NCBI GenBank assembly: GCA_040879985.1
Contig: JBBDJH010000004.1
Coordinates: 14,115 to 78,114, forward strand
Reading direction: 5' to 3'
From: Solirubrobacterales bacterium
GTDB taxonomy: Bacteria > Actinomycetota > Thermoleophilia > Solirubrobacterales > 70-9
Length of the DNA stretch: 64,000 nt
Part shown: piece after piece, positions 33,763-41,982 of the stretch
How the letters are laid out: each line of letters starts with the position of its first letter
Numbering within the stretch: the first letter of the stretch is position 1
Notes under the pieces: model-generated
The model's input: the letters and a program-made list of their open reading frames with translations, nothing else
Database searches by the model: none
Told to the model about the DNA's origin: nothing
Program-made: the position numbers and the translations under genes

Positions 33763-34586
33763 CAGCGAATCGTCTGCAGATCGGGGTTCGTCGCCAGCAG
33801 GGTCTGGGTGAAGGCGTAGTTGAAGGCGAAGACCCCCATGAAGGAGATCACCACCGCCTGGTTGACGGCGCGGCCGACCCCGGCGGCGCCTCCGGACGCA
33901 GTCATCCCCTTGTAGCAGCAGACGACGGCGATGATCGCGCCGAACAGGGTGCACTTGATCACCGATCCCCAGAGGTCGGTGATCGAGGAGTTGGTGAAGA
34001 GCGTCGCGAAGAAGCCGCCGAGCGGCTGGTTGTAGAGCAGCTCGGTGAGGACGCCGCCGCTGATCCCGAAGATCAGCGCGTAGATGTCGAGCAGGCCGGT
34101 GATCACCATCAGCGCCAGGAAGCGCGGCACGACGAGGTTCTTGATCGGGTCGACGCCGAGCACCTGCAGGGCGTCGAGCTCCTCGCGGATCTTGCGGGCA
34201 CCGAGGTCGGCGGTGATCGCGGTGCCGGCGACGCCGGCGACGACGACGGCGGTGACGAAGGGGGCGAACTCGCGGATCGAGGCAAGCACGAAGAAGCCGC
34301 CGAGCCGGTCGAGCGAGCCGAACAGGGTGAGGAAGTTGGCCGCCTGCAGCCCCGGCGCGCCGAAGCCGAAGGCGACGGTCGAGACGAGCAGCGGGAACCA
34401 GCAGAGCTGCAGGGCAAACAGGAACTGGCCGATGAACTCCTCGCCGTAGGGGTAGGGCGGCTTGATCGCAGAGACGATCGTCCGCGCGGTGAGGATCATC
34501 ATGTCCCCGACCTGCTCGAAGAACGACTTGGCGGGAGCGAACCTCCTGCCTATCGATGCGGCTGCTTCCATCTCCTCCTCCGGCAC
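33762..34586 (-). CDS. MlaE/YrbE-family ABC permease (first copy)
   Basis: ..AITADLGARKIREELDALQVLGVDPIKNLV.. is the MlaE signature, with 5-6 TM helices. Confidence 0.85.
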   Translation of the reverse strand: MPEEEMEAAASIGRRFAPAKSFFEQVGDMMILTARTIVSAIKPPYPYGEEFIGQFLFALQLCWFPLLVSTVAFGFGAPGLQAANFLTLFGSLDRLGGFFVLASIREFAPFVTAVVVAGVAGTAITADLGARKIREELDALQVLGVDPIKNLVVPRFLALMVITGLLDIYALIFGISGGVLTELLYNQPLGGFFATLFTNSSITDLWGSVIKCTLFGAIIAVVCCYKGMTASGGAAGVGRAVNQAVVISFMGVFAFNYAFTQTLLATNPDLQTIR

Positions 34587-34742
34587 GGCGGGACCACATC
34601 GGGCGGTCCCTGCTCCGTGCGATCAGTCTATGGGATGCGCCAGCGGCCTCGGTTAGCCCAGTGTTGAGATCCGGCTAACCCCGCAGCAGCGAGGTTCGGG
34701 CCCCGCGGAGAGGCGGAAACCCCGTGGTATGTTCCGGCGGAT

Positions 34743-35432
34743 TTGGGGGGGAACCGCAGACAGCCCGGGCGTTCCCGCAGCGGCGCCGCCGTGGCGAGCG
34801 TGCTCGCCCTGGCGCTGGCCATCCTGCTGTCCGCCTGCGGCGGGGACGACTCGCCCCCCGCGGCGACCGAAGCGGCGGGCGCCTACCCGGTCGAGGTCGT
34901 CACCGCGGAGCTGCCGGCCCGCCAGCGGCTCGGTGAAACGACGCTGCTGCGCGTCGGCGTGCGCAACAGCGGCGAGGAGACGCTGCCGGCCCTGACGATG
35001 ACCTTCTCGACCGGCGGCGAGCAGGGCGACAACTCGAGGTTGCCGTTCGGCTACCGCAGCCCCGAACCGGGCCTTGCCCAGCCGGACCGGCCGATCTGGG
35101 TGCTGGCCGCGGACTACCCGAAAGTCGACGGCTCGTCGCGGCGGGCCGGCGCCGAAACCGCCAGCTACAAGACCTTCAACTTCGGCCCGCTGAAGGCGGG
35201 GGCGACGACCGAGGCGGTCTGGAAGCTGATCGCGGTCCGCACCGGCAACCACAGGTTGCGCTTCGAGATCGCCGCCGGGCCCAGCGGCAAGGCGAAGGCG
35301 AAGACGGCCGGGGGCGCCACCCCCGGCGGCACCTTCACGGTGCGGATCACCGAGGTTCCGCCGGAAACGGTGGTCAGGGACAACGGCGAAGTGGTGCCGG
35401 CGCCGCGGGACCCGACTGAAGCAAACCGGTAA
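34743..35432 (+). CDS. Putative lipoprotein, unknown function
   Basis: Lipobox LALAILLSACGG followed by a beta-rich mature part. TTG start; the exact start is uncertain. Confidence 0.5.
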   Translation: MGGNRRQPGRSRSGAAVASVLALALAILLSACGGDDSPPAATEAAGAYPVEVVTAELPARQRLGETTLLRVGVRNSGEETLPALTMTFSTGGEQGDNSRLPFGYRSPEPGLAQPDRPIWVLAADYPKVDGSSRRAGAETASYKTFNFGPLKAGATTEAVWKLIAVRTGNHRLRFEIAAGPSGKAKAKTAGGATPGGTFTVRITEVPPETVVRDNGEVVPAPRDPTEANR

Positions 35433-35464
35433 GAGGGTATCCGGGCAGGCCCTCCACTTAACTT

Positions 35465-35628
35465 CGATCTCCGAACAAAATTATCGCGGCCCGGATGAGA
35501 GCGATGACGCTGCGCGATTCGGCCCCTCCCCGACGTTCCGCGTAGCGCCGCTACGCGGAAGTCGTGTCGTGACCGCCTCGCTTGGTCCTCGCCCTCCCCG
35601 GTCTCGCGCTAATTTTGTTCGGAGATCG
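35465..35628. repeat. Large hairpin element (family C, 164 bp) related to family B
   Basis: 19-bp arms CGATCTCCGAACAAAATTA / TAATTTTGTTCGGAGATCG plus 4 further bp, with an internal hairpin TTCCGCGTAGCG-CCGCTACGCGGAA. The left flank CCTCCACTTAACTT matches the B3 left end. Confidence 0.75.
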
Positions 35629-36764
35629 TGAGAGGTAAATCAATCATCGTCGTCTGCGTCGCCCTTATGCTCGCCATCCCGGCCTGCGGCGAAGCCAACC
35701 CTCCTGAAACGACTTCGAAGCGCACTCCGCTCACCGGCGTGGGACTCAAGCAGGTCGGGAAGTTCGAGTCGCCGGTGTATGTCGCCGGGGCGCCTGGGTT
35801 TCCCAGGCTGCTGTTTGTGGTTGAGCAGGAAGGGCGGGTGCGGGTTTTGCGCGGTGGGCGGCGGGTGCGGGGGGCGTTTCTCGACATCCGCGGCCTGGTT
35901 TCCTTCGGCGGCGAGCGCGGGTTGCTCTCGATCGCCTTCCCTCCCGACTACCGGAGCAGCGGCCGCTTCTACGTCTACTACACCGATCCGCAGGGGGATA
36001 TCAGGATCGACGAGTTCAGGCGCAGGAGCGCGACGCGTGCCGCGCGGGGCACTCGCCGCGCCGTGGTCGAGATCCCGCACAGGGAGAACTCGAATCACAA
36101 CGGCGGCCAGCTGCAGTTCCTCGGCGAGCAGCTCTACTTCGCGACGGGCGACGGCGGCTCCGGCGGCGACCCGCCGAACAACGCCCAGAACCCGCGCAGC
36201 CGGCTCGGCAAGCTGCTGCGCATCGACCCGCGGCGGGCCGGGGCGCAGACGCAGATCTACAGCTCCGGGCTGCGCAACCCGTACCGCTTCTCCTTCGACA
36301 CGGTGACCCGGCCCGGACAGCCGCGAATCGCGATCGGCGACGTCGGCCAGGACCGCTTCGAGGAGCTCAACTACCTGCCGGTGGCCGCGGCGCGCGGCGC
36401 CAACTTCGGCTGGGACGCCTTCGAGGGGTTCGGCCCCTACCGCGGCGCCAACAGCGGCACGCCGGACCCCGGCGGCACCGTCAAGCCGATCTTCGCCTAC
36501 CCGCACAGCCGCGGCGGCAGCTGCACGATCATCGGCGGCTACGTCGTCCGCGACCGGCGCCTGCGCTCCCTCTACAAGCGCTACGTCTACGCCGATCTCT
36601 GCGAGGGCGAGTTGCGCAGCCTCGTCCCCCACCTGCGGCGGGCGAGCAACGACCGCAAGCTCGGCCTCAGCGTCTCCACCCCGAGCTCGTTCGGCGAGGA
36701 CACCCGCGGCCGCATCTACGTGACCTCGCTGGAGGGCCCGGTATACCGCCTGGTCCCGCGCTAG
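35628..36764 (+). CDS. PQQ-dependent sugar (glucose/sorbosone) dehydrogenase, secreted
   Basis: Lipobox-like VALMLAIPACG. Beta-propeller SGDH motifs are ERGLLSIAF, HNGGQLQF and ATGDGGSGGDP. Confidence 0.85.
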   Translation: MRGKSIIVVCVALMLAIPACGEANPPETTSKRTPLTGVGLKQVGKFESPVYVAGAPGFPRLLFVVEQEGRVRVLRGGRRVRGAFLDIRGLVSFGGERGLLSIAFPPDYRSSGRFYVYYTDPQGDIRIDEFRRRSATRAARGTRRAVVEIPHRENSNHNGGQLQFLGEQLYFATGDGGSGGDPPNNAQNPRSRLGKLLRIDPRRAGAQTQIYSSGLRNPYRFSFDTVTRPGQPRIAIGDVGQDRFEELNYLPVAAARGANFGWDAFEGFGPYRGANSGTPDPGGTVKPIFAYPHSRGGSCTIIGGYVVRDRRLRSLYKRYVYADLCEGELRSLVPHLRRASNDRKLGLSVSTPSSFGEDTRGRIYVTSLEGPVYRLVPR

Positions 36765-36819
36765 ATGCCCTAGCGGCTACCCTTGGCTGACCAGCCAAAT
36801 TCTTGAAGGGAGCGGTCAG

Positions 36820-38397
36820 GTGGAGAGCGGAACGGCACCGAAGGTGGACCAGGCGGCGAACGGCGCCGCCTCCGAGGGCGGCGCCCCGGAGCGGATCGAG
36901 GTCCTCAACCCGGCGACCGGCGCGGCGATCGGCAGCGTCGAGGTCGCCTCGGCGGAGCGCGTCGCGGCGACCGTGGCGCGGGTGCGCGGCAACCAGGCCG
37001 AGTGGGAGGCGCTCGGCAACGAGGGCCGCTACCGCTGGCTCGGCAGGCTGCGCGACTGGCTGCTCGACAACCACGAGCGGGTGCTCGACACGATGCAGGC
37101 GGAGACCGGCAAGGTCCGCGGCGACACCTCGGCCGAGACGATCTACCTCACCGACCTGATCAACTTCTACGGCAGCAAGGCGGAGAAGTTCATCGGCGAC
37201 GAAACGGTCCGCCCGCACTCGCCGCTGGCGGCCACGAAGAAGTTGATGGTCCAGTACCGGCCCTACCCGGTGGTCGGCGTGATCAGCCCCTGGAACTTCC
37301 CGCTGGCGCTGGCGCTGGGCGACGCGATCCCCGCCTTGCAGGCGGGCGCCGCGGTCGTCGTCAAGCCGTCCGAGTTCACGCCGCTCGGCCTGGCCGAGAT
37401 CGTCGACGCCTGGAAGCGCGAGATCGGCGGCCCCGACGTGTTCGACTGCGCGCACGGGACCGGCGAGACCGGCGGCGCCCTGGTCGACAACGTCGACTTC
37501 GTCCAGTTCACCGGCTCCGACCGCACCGGCCGCAAGGTGATGGCGCGAGCCGCCGAGACGTTGACCCCGGTCAGCCTCGAGCTCGGCGGCAAGGACCCGA
37601 TGATCGTGCTCGACGACGCAGACATCGACCGCGCCGCCAACGCCGCCACCTGGGGCGGCATGTTCAACTCGGGCCAGGTCTGCCTCTCGGTCGAGCGGAT
37701 CTACGTCGAGGAGCCTGTCTACGACGAGTTCGTCGCCAAGCTGACCAAGGCGGTCGGGGCGCTGCGCCAGGGCGCCGACGGCAAGGCGCCGGCCAAGGAC
37801 GTCGGCGCGATGACCTCGCCCAACCAGCGGGCGATCGTCGAAGCGCAGGTCGAGGACGCGATCGCGAAAGGCGCGCGGGCGGCGACCGGCGGCAAGGCGG
37901 TCGAGGGCCCGGGCGACTACTTCGAACCGACCGTGCTGGTCGACGTCGACCACTCGATGACGGTGATGCGCGACGAGACCTTCGGCCCGGTGGTCTGCGT
38001 GATGAAGGTGCGCGACTCCGAGCAGGCGCTGCACTTCGCCAACGACACCCGTTACGGCCTCGCCGCCTCGGTCTTCGGCGAGAAGCAGCGGGCCGAGCAG
38101 GTCGGGCGGCGAATCGAGGCGGGCGCAGTCAACGTCAACGACGTGATCGTCAACTACGTGCTGATGGACGTGCCGATGGGCGGCTGGAAGGAGTCGGGGA
38201 TCGGCTTCCGCCACGGCGAGTACGGGATCAAGAAGTACTGCCGGCCCGGCTCGGTGATCGTCGCCCGCTTCGGCGGCAAGCGCGAGCCGACCTGGTACCC
38301 GTACACCAAGACCCGCCACGGCCTAGTCGGCCGCATAGCCCGCGCCGCCAACGCCCGCGACTGGCGCCGGCGGCTCGGCCTGAGGGCGTTGCGGTAG
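36820..38397 (+). CDS. NAD(P)-dependent aldehyde dehydrogenase
   Basis: ALDH catalytic motifs LELGGKDP (Glu) and FNSGQVCLSVERIY (Cys). Confidence 0.9.
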   Translation: MESGTAPKVDQAANGAASEGGAPERIEVLNPATGAAIGSVEVASAERVAATVARVRGNQAEWEALGNEGRYRWLGRLRDWLLDNHERVLDTMQAETGKVRGDTSAETIYLTDLINFYGSKAEKFIGDETVRPHSPLAATKKLMVQYRPYPVVGVISPWNFPLALALGDAIPALQAGAAVVVKPSEFTPLGLAEIVDAWKREIGGPDVFDCAHGTGETGGALVDNVDFVQFTGSDRTGRKVMARAAETLTPVSLELGGKDPMIVLDDADIDRAANAATWGGMFNSGQVCLSVERIYVEEPVYDEFVAKLTKAVGALRQGADGKAPAKDVGAMTSPNQRAIVEAQVEDAIAKGARAATGGKAVEGPGDYFEPTVLVDVDHSMTVMRDETFGPVVCVMKVRDSEQALHFANDTRYGLAASVFGEKQRAEQVGRRIEAGAVNVNDVIVNYVLMDVPMGGWKESGIGFRHGEYGIKKYCRPGSVIVARFGGKREPTWYPYTKTRHGLVGRIARAANARDWRRRLGLRALR

Positions 38398-38400
38398 GCG

Positions 38401-38447
38401 TTCCGCTGTTACTTATGCCTCCTATAGATGCATAACTAACAGCGGAA
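38401..38447. terminator. 18-bp-arm inverted repeat filling the gap between convergent ALDH and metG stops (candidate bidirectional terminator)
   Basis: TTCCGCTGTTACTTATGC-ctcctatagat-GCATAACTAACAGCGGAA (one arm mismatch). It has no flanking U-tract, so the terminator function is inferred from position only. Confidence 0.5.
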
Positions 38448-38449
38448 GC

Positions 38450-39955
38450 TCAGGCCGGCGTCTCGATCTTGGGGAAGAGCGGCGGGACTCGCTCGACCTT
38501 CTGGCCGCCGGGGTGGGAGCCGAGGTCGCTGAGCTCGCGTGAGTCCTCGCCGAGCGCCGTGAGCAGCTGCTCGCTGGTCCGCGGCAGGTAGGGAACCAGC
38601 AGGAGGGTGACCACGCGCAGGCCCTCGCTGAGGTTGTAGAGGACTTCGTCGAGGCGCTCGGGGTCGGCCTCGTCCTTGGCCAGCTCCCAGGGGCGGGTCT
38701 CCTCGACGTAGCGGTTGAGCCTGCGGACCAGGGTCCAGACGACCTCCAGGGCCTGGGTCAGCTCGGCCCGGTCGAGCAGCTCGCTGAAGCGCCCGAGCGC
38801 GCCTTCGAAGTCCTCTTCCAGCACGGCGTCGACCTGGGCGGGCGGGACGACGCCGTCGCGGTAGCGCTCGACCATCGCCAGCACGCGGCTGGCGAGGTTG
38901 CCGAAGTCGTTGGCCAGCTCGGTCTCGTAGCGGGCCTCGAAGCCCGCCGTCGAGATCGAGCCGTCCCCCCCGAAGCTGACCTCGCGGAAGCAGTAGAAGC
39001 GCAGCGCATCGGCGCCGAAGCGCTCGATCGCAACAAAGGGGTCGAGCACGTTGCCGAGCGACTTCGACATCTTCTTCTCGCCCATCATCAAATAGCCGTG
39101 GATCGCCATCCGCTTCGGCGGCTCGAGGTCCGCAGCCCAGAGCAGCGCCGGCCAGATCACCGCGTGGAACTTGAGGATGTCCTTGGCCATCACGTGCAGG
39201 TCGGCCGGCCAGTAGCGCGCGGTCAGGTCCTCGCCCTCGCGGGCGAAGCCGAGCGCGGTGACGTAGTTGAGCAGGGCGTCGAACCAGACGTACATGCGCT
39301 GCTCGGGGTCCCACGGCAGCCGCATCCCCCACTTCAGCTTTGGACGCGAGAGCGAGACGTCCTCGAGCCCCCCTTTGATGAAGGCGACCGCCTCGTTGCG
39401 GCGGAAGTCCGGCACGACGAAGTCAGGCCGTTCCTCGTAGAGGCCTTCGAGCTGGGCCTGGAAGGCGGAGAGGCGGAAGAACCAGTTCTCCTCGCGCAGC
39501 TTCTCCAGCGCGATCTCGTGGATCGGGCAGGTCTGGCCGGGGCCGAGCTCGCGTTCGGTCTTGAAGTCGGCGCAGCGCGGGCAGTACCAGCCTTCCCAGG
39601 TGCCCTTGTCGACCCAGCCGTTGTCGTAGACGCGCTGCATGATCGCGGCGACCCGCTCGGCGTGGCGCGGGTCGGAGGTGCGGATGAAGAAGTCGTTGGT
39701 CGCGTCAATGATCGGCATCAGCGCTTCGAACTTGGCGGCGTTGCGGTCGGCCAGCTCCTGCGGCGTCACACCCTCGCGCTCGGCGGCGTTCTCGATCGGC
39801 TCGCCGTGCTCGTCGGTGCCGGTGAGAAAGAAAACGTCCTCGCCGCGCTGACGCATGTGGCGGGCGAGCACGTCGGCGGCCATCGTCGAGTAGGCGTGCC
39901 CCAGGTGGGGCTCGGCGTTGACGTAGTAGATCGGCGTCGTGACGTAGTAAGCCAT
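38450..39955 (-). CDS. metG: Methionyl-tRNA synthetase
   Basis: Class I motifs: HIGH-type (PHLGHAYS) and KMSKS (KKMSKSLGN). Confidence 0.95.
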   Translation of the reverse strand: MAYYVTTPIYYVNAEPHLGHAYSTMAADVLARHMRQRGEDVFFLTGTDEHGEPIENAAEREGVTPQELADRNAAKFEALMPIIDATNDFFIRTSDPRHAERVAAIMQRVYDNGWVDKGTWEGWYCPRCADFKTERELGPGQTCPIHEIALEKLREENWFFRLSAFQAQLEGLYEERPDFVVPDFRRNEAVAFIKGGLEDVSLSRPKLKWGMRLPWDPEQRMYVWFDALLNYVTALGFAREGEDLTARYWPADLHVMAKDILKFHAVIWPALLWAADLEPPKRMAIHGYLMMGEKKMSKSLGNVLDPFVAIERFGADALRFYCFREVSFGGDGSISTAGFEARYETELANDFGNLASRVLAMVERYRDGVVPPAQVDAVLEEDFEGALGRFSELLDRAELTQALEVVWTLVRRLNRYVEETRPWELAKDEADPERLDEVLYNLSEGLRVVTLLLVPYLPRTSEQLLTALGEDSRELSDLGSHPGGQKVERVPPLFPKIETPA

Positions 39956-39974
39956 CGAGCGCGAGGCTAATCGA

Positions 39975-40802
39975 TCACTTGCGCGGCTCGCGGCCCGTCA
40001 ACGCACGGTAGAGGTCGTTGGCGCGGGTGCCGGTGAGGGCGGCGACGACGCCGGCGGCGGCACGCGGCCGGGCGCCCGACTGGACCAGGTGGCGCAGCGC
40101 GTCGACCGCGAAGCCGACGTCCTTGTCGTGGTCGTCGGCGGAGGCCGGCGCGATGACCAGCACGATCTCCCCCTTGACGTCGCCGCGGAAGCGGCGGGCG
40201 AGCTCGCCGAGGCTGCCGCGCGAGACCTCCTCGTGGACCTTGGTCAGCTCGCGGCAGACGGCGGCCGGACGGTCGGCGGCGATCGCCGCCAGGGCGGCCA
40301 GCGAGTCGCCGATGCGGCGCGGCGACTCGAAGGCGACGACGGTCTCGGTCGAGCGCAGCACGCGCTCCATCTCACCGGCGCGCTTCGGCAGGAAGCCCTC
40401 GAAGCGCCAGCGGTCGGTCGGCAGGCCGGAGGCGACCAGCGCCACCGGGACCACCGAGGGACCGGGCAGGACGGTGACGTCGAGGTTGCGCTCGATGCAG
40501 CGGCGGATCAGGCGGAAGCCGGGGTCGGAGATCGCCGGCATGCCGGCATCGGAGACAAGCGCGACGGTCTGGCCGCGTTCGATCCGCTGCGCCAGCTCGA
40601 TCGCCCGCGGCGCTTCGTTGCCCTCGTGGATCGAGATCAGCTGCGGCGCCGGGCGGATGCCGAGCTTGTCGAGCAGGCCGCCGCTGCGGCGGGTGTCCTC
40701 GCAGGCGATGTAGTCGGCGGCGACGAGGGCGTCGCGGACGCGGATCGTGATGTCGTCGAGGTTGCCGATCGGGGTCGGGCAGACGACCAGCAGGCCCGGC
40801 AT
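39975..40802 (-). CDS. rsmI: 16S rRNA (cytidine1402-2'-O)-methyltransferase
   Basis: Trimmed to MPGLLVVCPTPIGNLDDITIRVRDAL..IACEDTR (tetrapyrrole-methylase-fold RsmI N-terminus). The ATG overlaps the upstream stop. Confidence 0.9.
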   Translation of the reverse strand: MPGLLVVCPTPIGNLDDITIRVRDALVAADYIACEDTRRSGGLLDKLGIRPAPQLISIHEGNEAPRAIELAQRIERGQTVALVSDAGMPAISDPGFRLIRRCIERNLDVTVLPGPSVVPVALVASGLPTDRWRFEGFLPKRAGEMERVLRSTETVVAFESPRRIGDSLAALAAIAADRPAAVCRELTKVHEEVSRGSLGELARRFRGDVKGEIVLVIAPASADDHDKDVGFAVDALRHLVQSGARPRAAAGVVAALTGTRANDLYRALTGREPRK

Positions 40803-41761
40803 CAGCCGGCCTTGCCCAGTTCGGCCCGGGCCATCTCCGCGGCGCCGATCATGCCGGCATCCTCGCCCAGCTCGGCGGCGACGACCGGGGTCCGGTTCAT
40901 CGGCCGCAGCGCCCGCGCTTCCAGCTCGCGCCGGGCCGGGCCGAGCAGCAGCTCGCCGGCGGCGACCACACCGCCGCCGATCACGATCGTCTCCGGCTCG
41001 AAGATGTTGGCGTAGCTGGCCAGGGCGACGCCGAGCCGGCCGCCGACCAGGTCGAAGACCTCGATCGCGGTCCCGTCGCCGTCCTGCGCCGCGACCGTGA
41101 CCGCCTTGCCGTCGACCGTCCCCCCCGCGGCGAGCAGCTCGCCGAGGGCGGAGTCGGGATGGCCTTCCGCCGCCGCCAGGCCTTCGCGGCCGAGCGCGGT
41201 GCCGGAGGCGAGCGCCTCGACGCAGCCGCGGTTGGGGCAGTTGCCCTGACAGCCGGGGCCGTCCATCTGGATCGCCATGTGGCCCAGCTCGGCGCCGGCG
41301 CCGGTCGAGCCGCGGTAGATCTCGCCGCCGAGGATCAGACCGCCGCCGATCCCGGTGCCGATCGTCAGCATCACCGCGTTCGCGGTCCCGCGGGCGGCGC
41401 CGGAGCGGTGCTCGGCGAGCGCGGCGACGTTGGCGTCGTTGTCGACGAAGGTCGGCAGGCCGGTCCGCTCGGCGACCAGGTCGCGGATCGGCAGGTTCTC
41501 GATCGGCAGGTTGACGGCGGCCACCGCGAGGCCCCTGGCGTGGTCGATCGTCGCCGGGATCCCCATCCCGATCGCCTCGACCCCGGGGTGCTCGGCGCGC
41601 GCCTCTTCGACCTCGCGGACAAGCAGCTCGACCAGCGCCTCCTCGCCCTCGCCGGCGGAGCGCTCGCGGCTCTCCCAGACGGTCCTCGAGTCGCCGTCGA
41701 GGACGCCGAGCAGCATCTTCGTCCCACCCAGATCGACGCCGATAGCTTGCGGCCGGCTCAT
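40802..41761 (-). CDS. ROK-family glucokinase
   Basis: Trimmed to MSRPQAIGVDLGGTKM. ROK Zn motif: HMAIQMDGPGCQGNCPNRGCVE. Confidence 0.85.
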   Translation of the reverse strand: MSRPQAIGVDLGGTKMLLGVLDGDSRTVWESRERSAGEGEEALVELLVREVEEARAEHPGVEAIGMGIPATIDHARGLAVAAVNLPIENLPIRDLVAERTGLPTFVDNDANVAALAEHRSGAARGTANAVMLTIGTGIGGGLILGGEIYRGSTGAGAELGHMAIQMDGPGCQGNCPNRGCVEALASGTALGREGLAAAEGHPDSALGELLAAGGTVDGKAVTVAAQDGDGTAIEVFDLVGGRLGVALASYANIFEPETIVIGGGVVAAGELLLGPARRELEARALRPMNRTPVVAAELGEDAGMIGAAEMARAELGKAG

Positions 41762-41812
41762 CTCCACTCGGGGCTGGTTTCGCGGGCGACCGCGGACATC
41801 GGCATGATTCCT

Positions 41813-41974
41813 GGAGTCTCTCTGAAAATCGGCGTGTGCGTCTGACGTGCGCCGGACCGAGCGGGGCAAGGACGCAGGGAGGCCGAATAGCAGAGCTATT
41901 TGGCCGACCGAGGACGCCGCACCGCGAAGTGTCCGCCGCCGTCAGACGTGCGCGAGGATTTTCGGAGAGACTCC
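41813..41974. repeat. Nested-hairpin element (family F, 162 bp) in the glucokinase/LCP divergent intergenic region
   Basis: Outer arms GGAGTCTCTCTGAAAATC / GATTTTCGGAGAGACTCC (1 mismatch), inner arms GCGTCTGACG / CGTCAGACG, and core ..CTATTTGGCCGACCGAGGACGCC.. similar to the B/D apical core. Confidence 0.7.
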
Positions 41975-41982
41975 GGTCTTTC

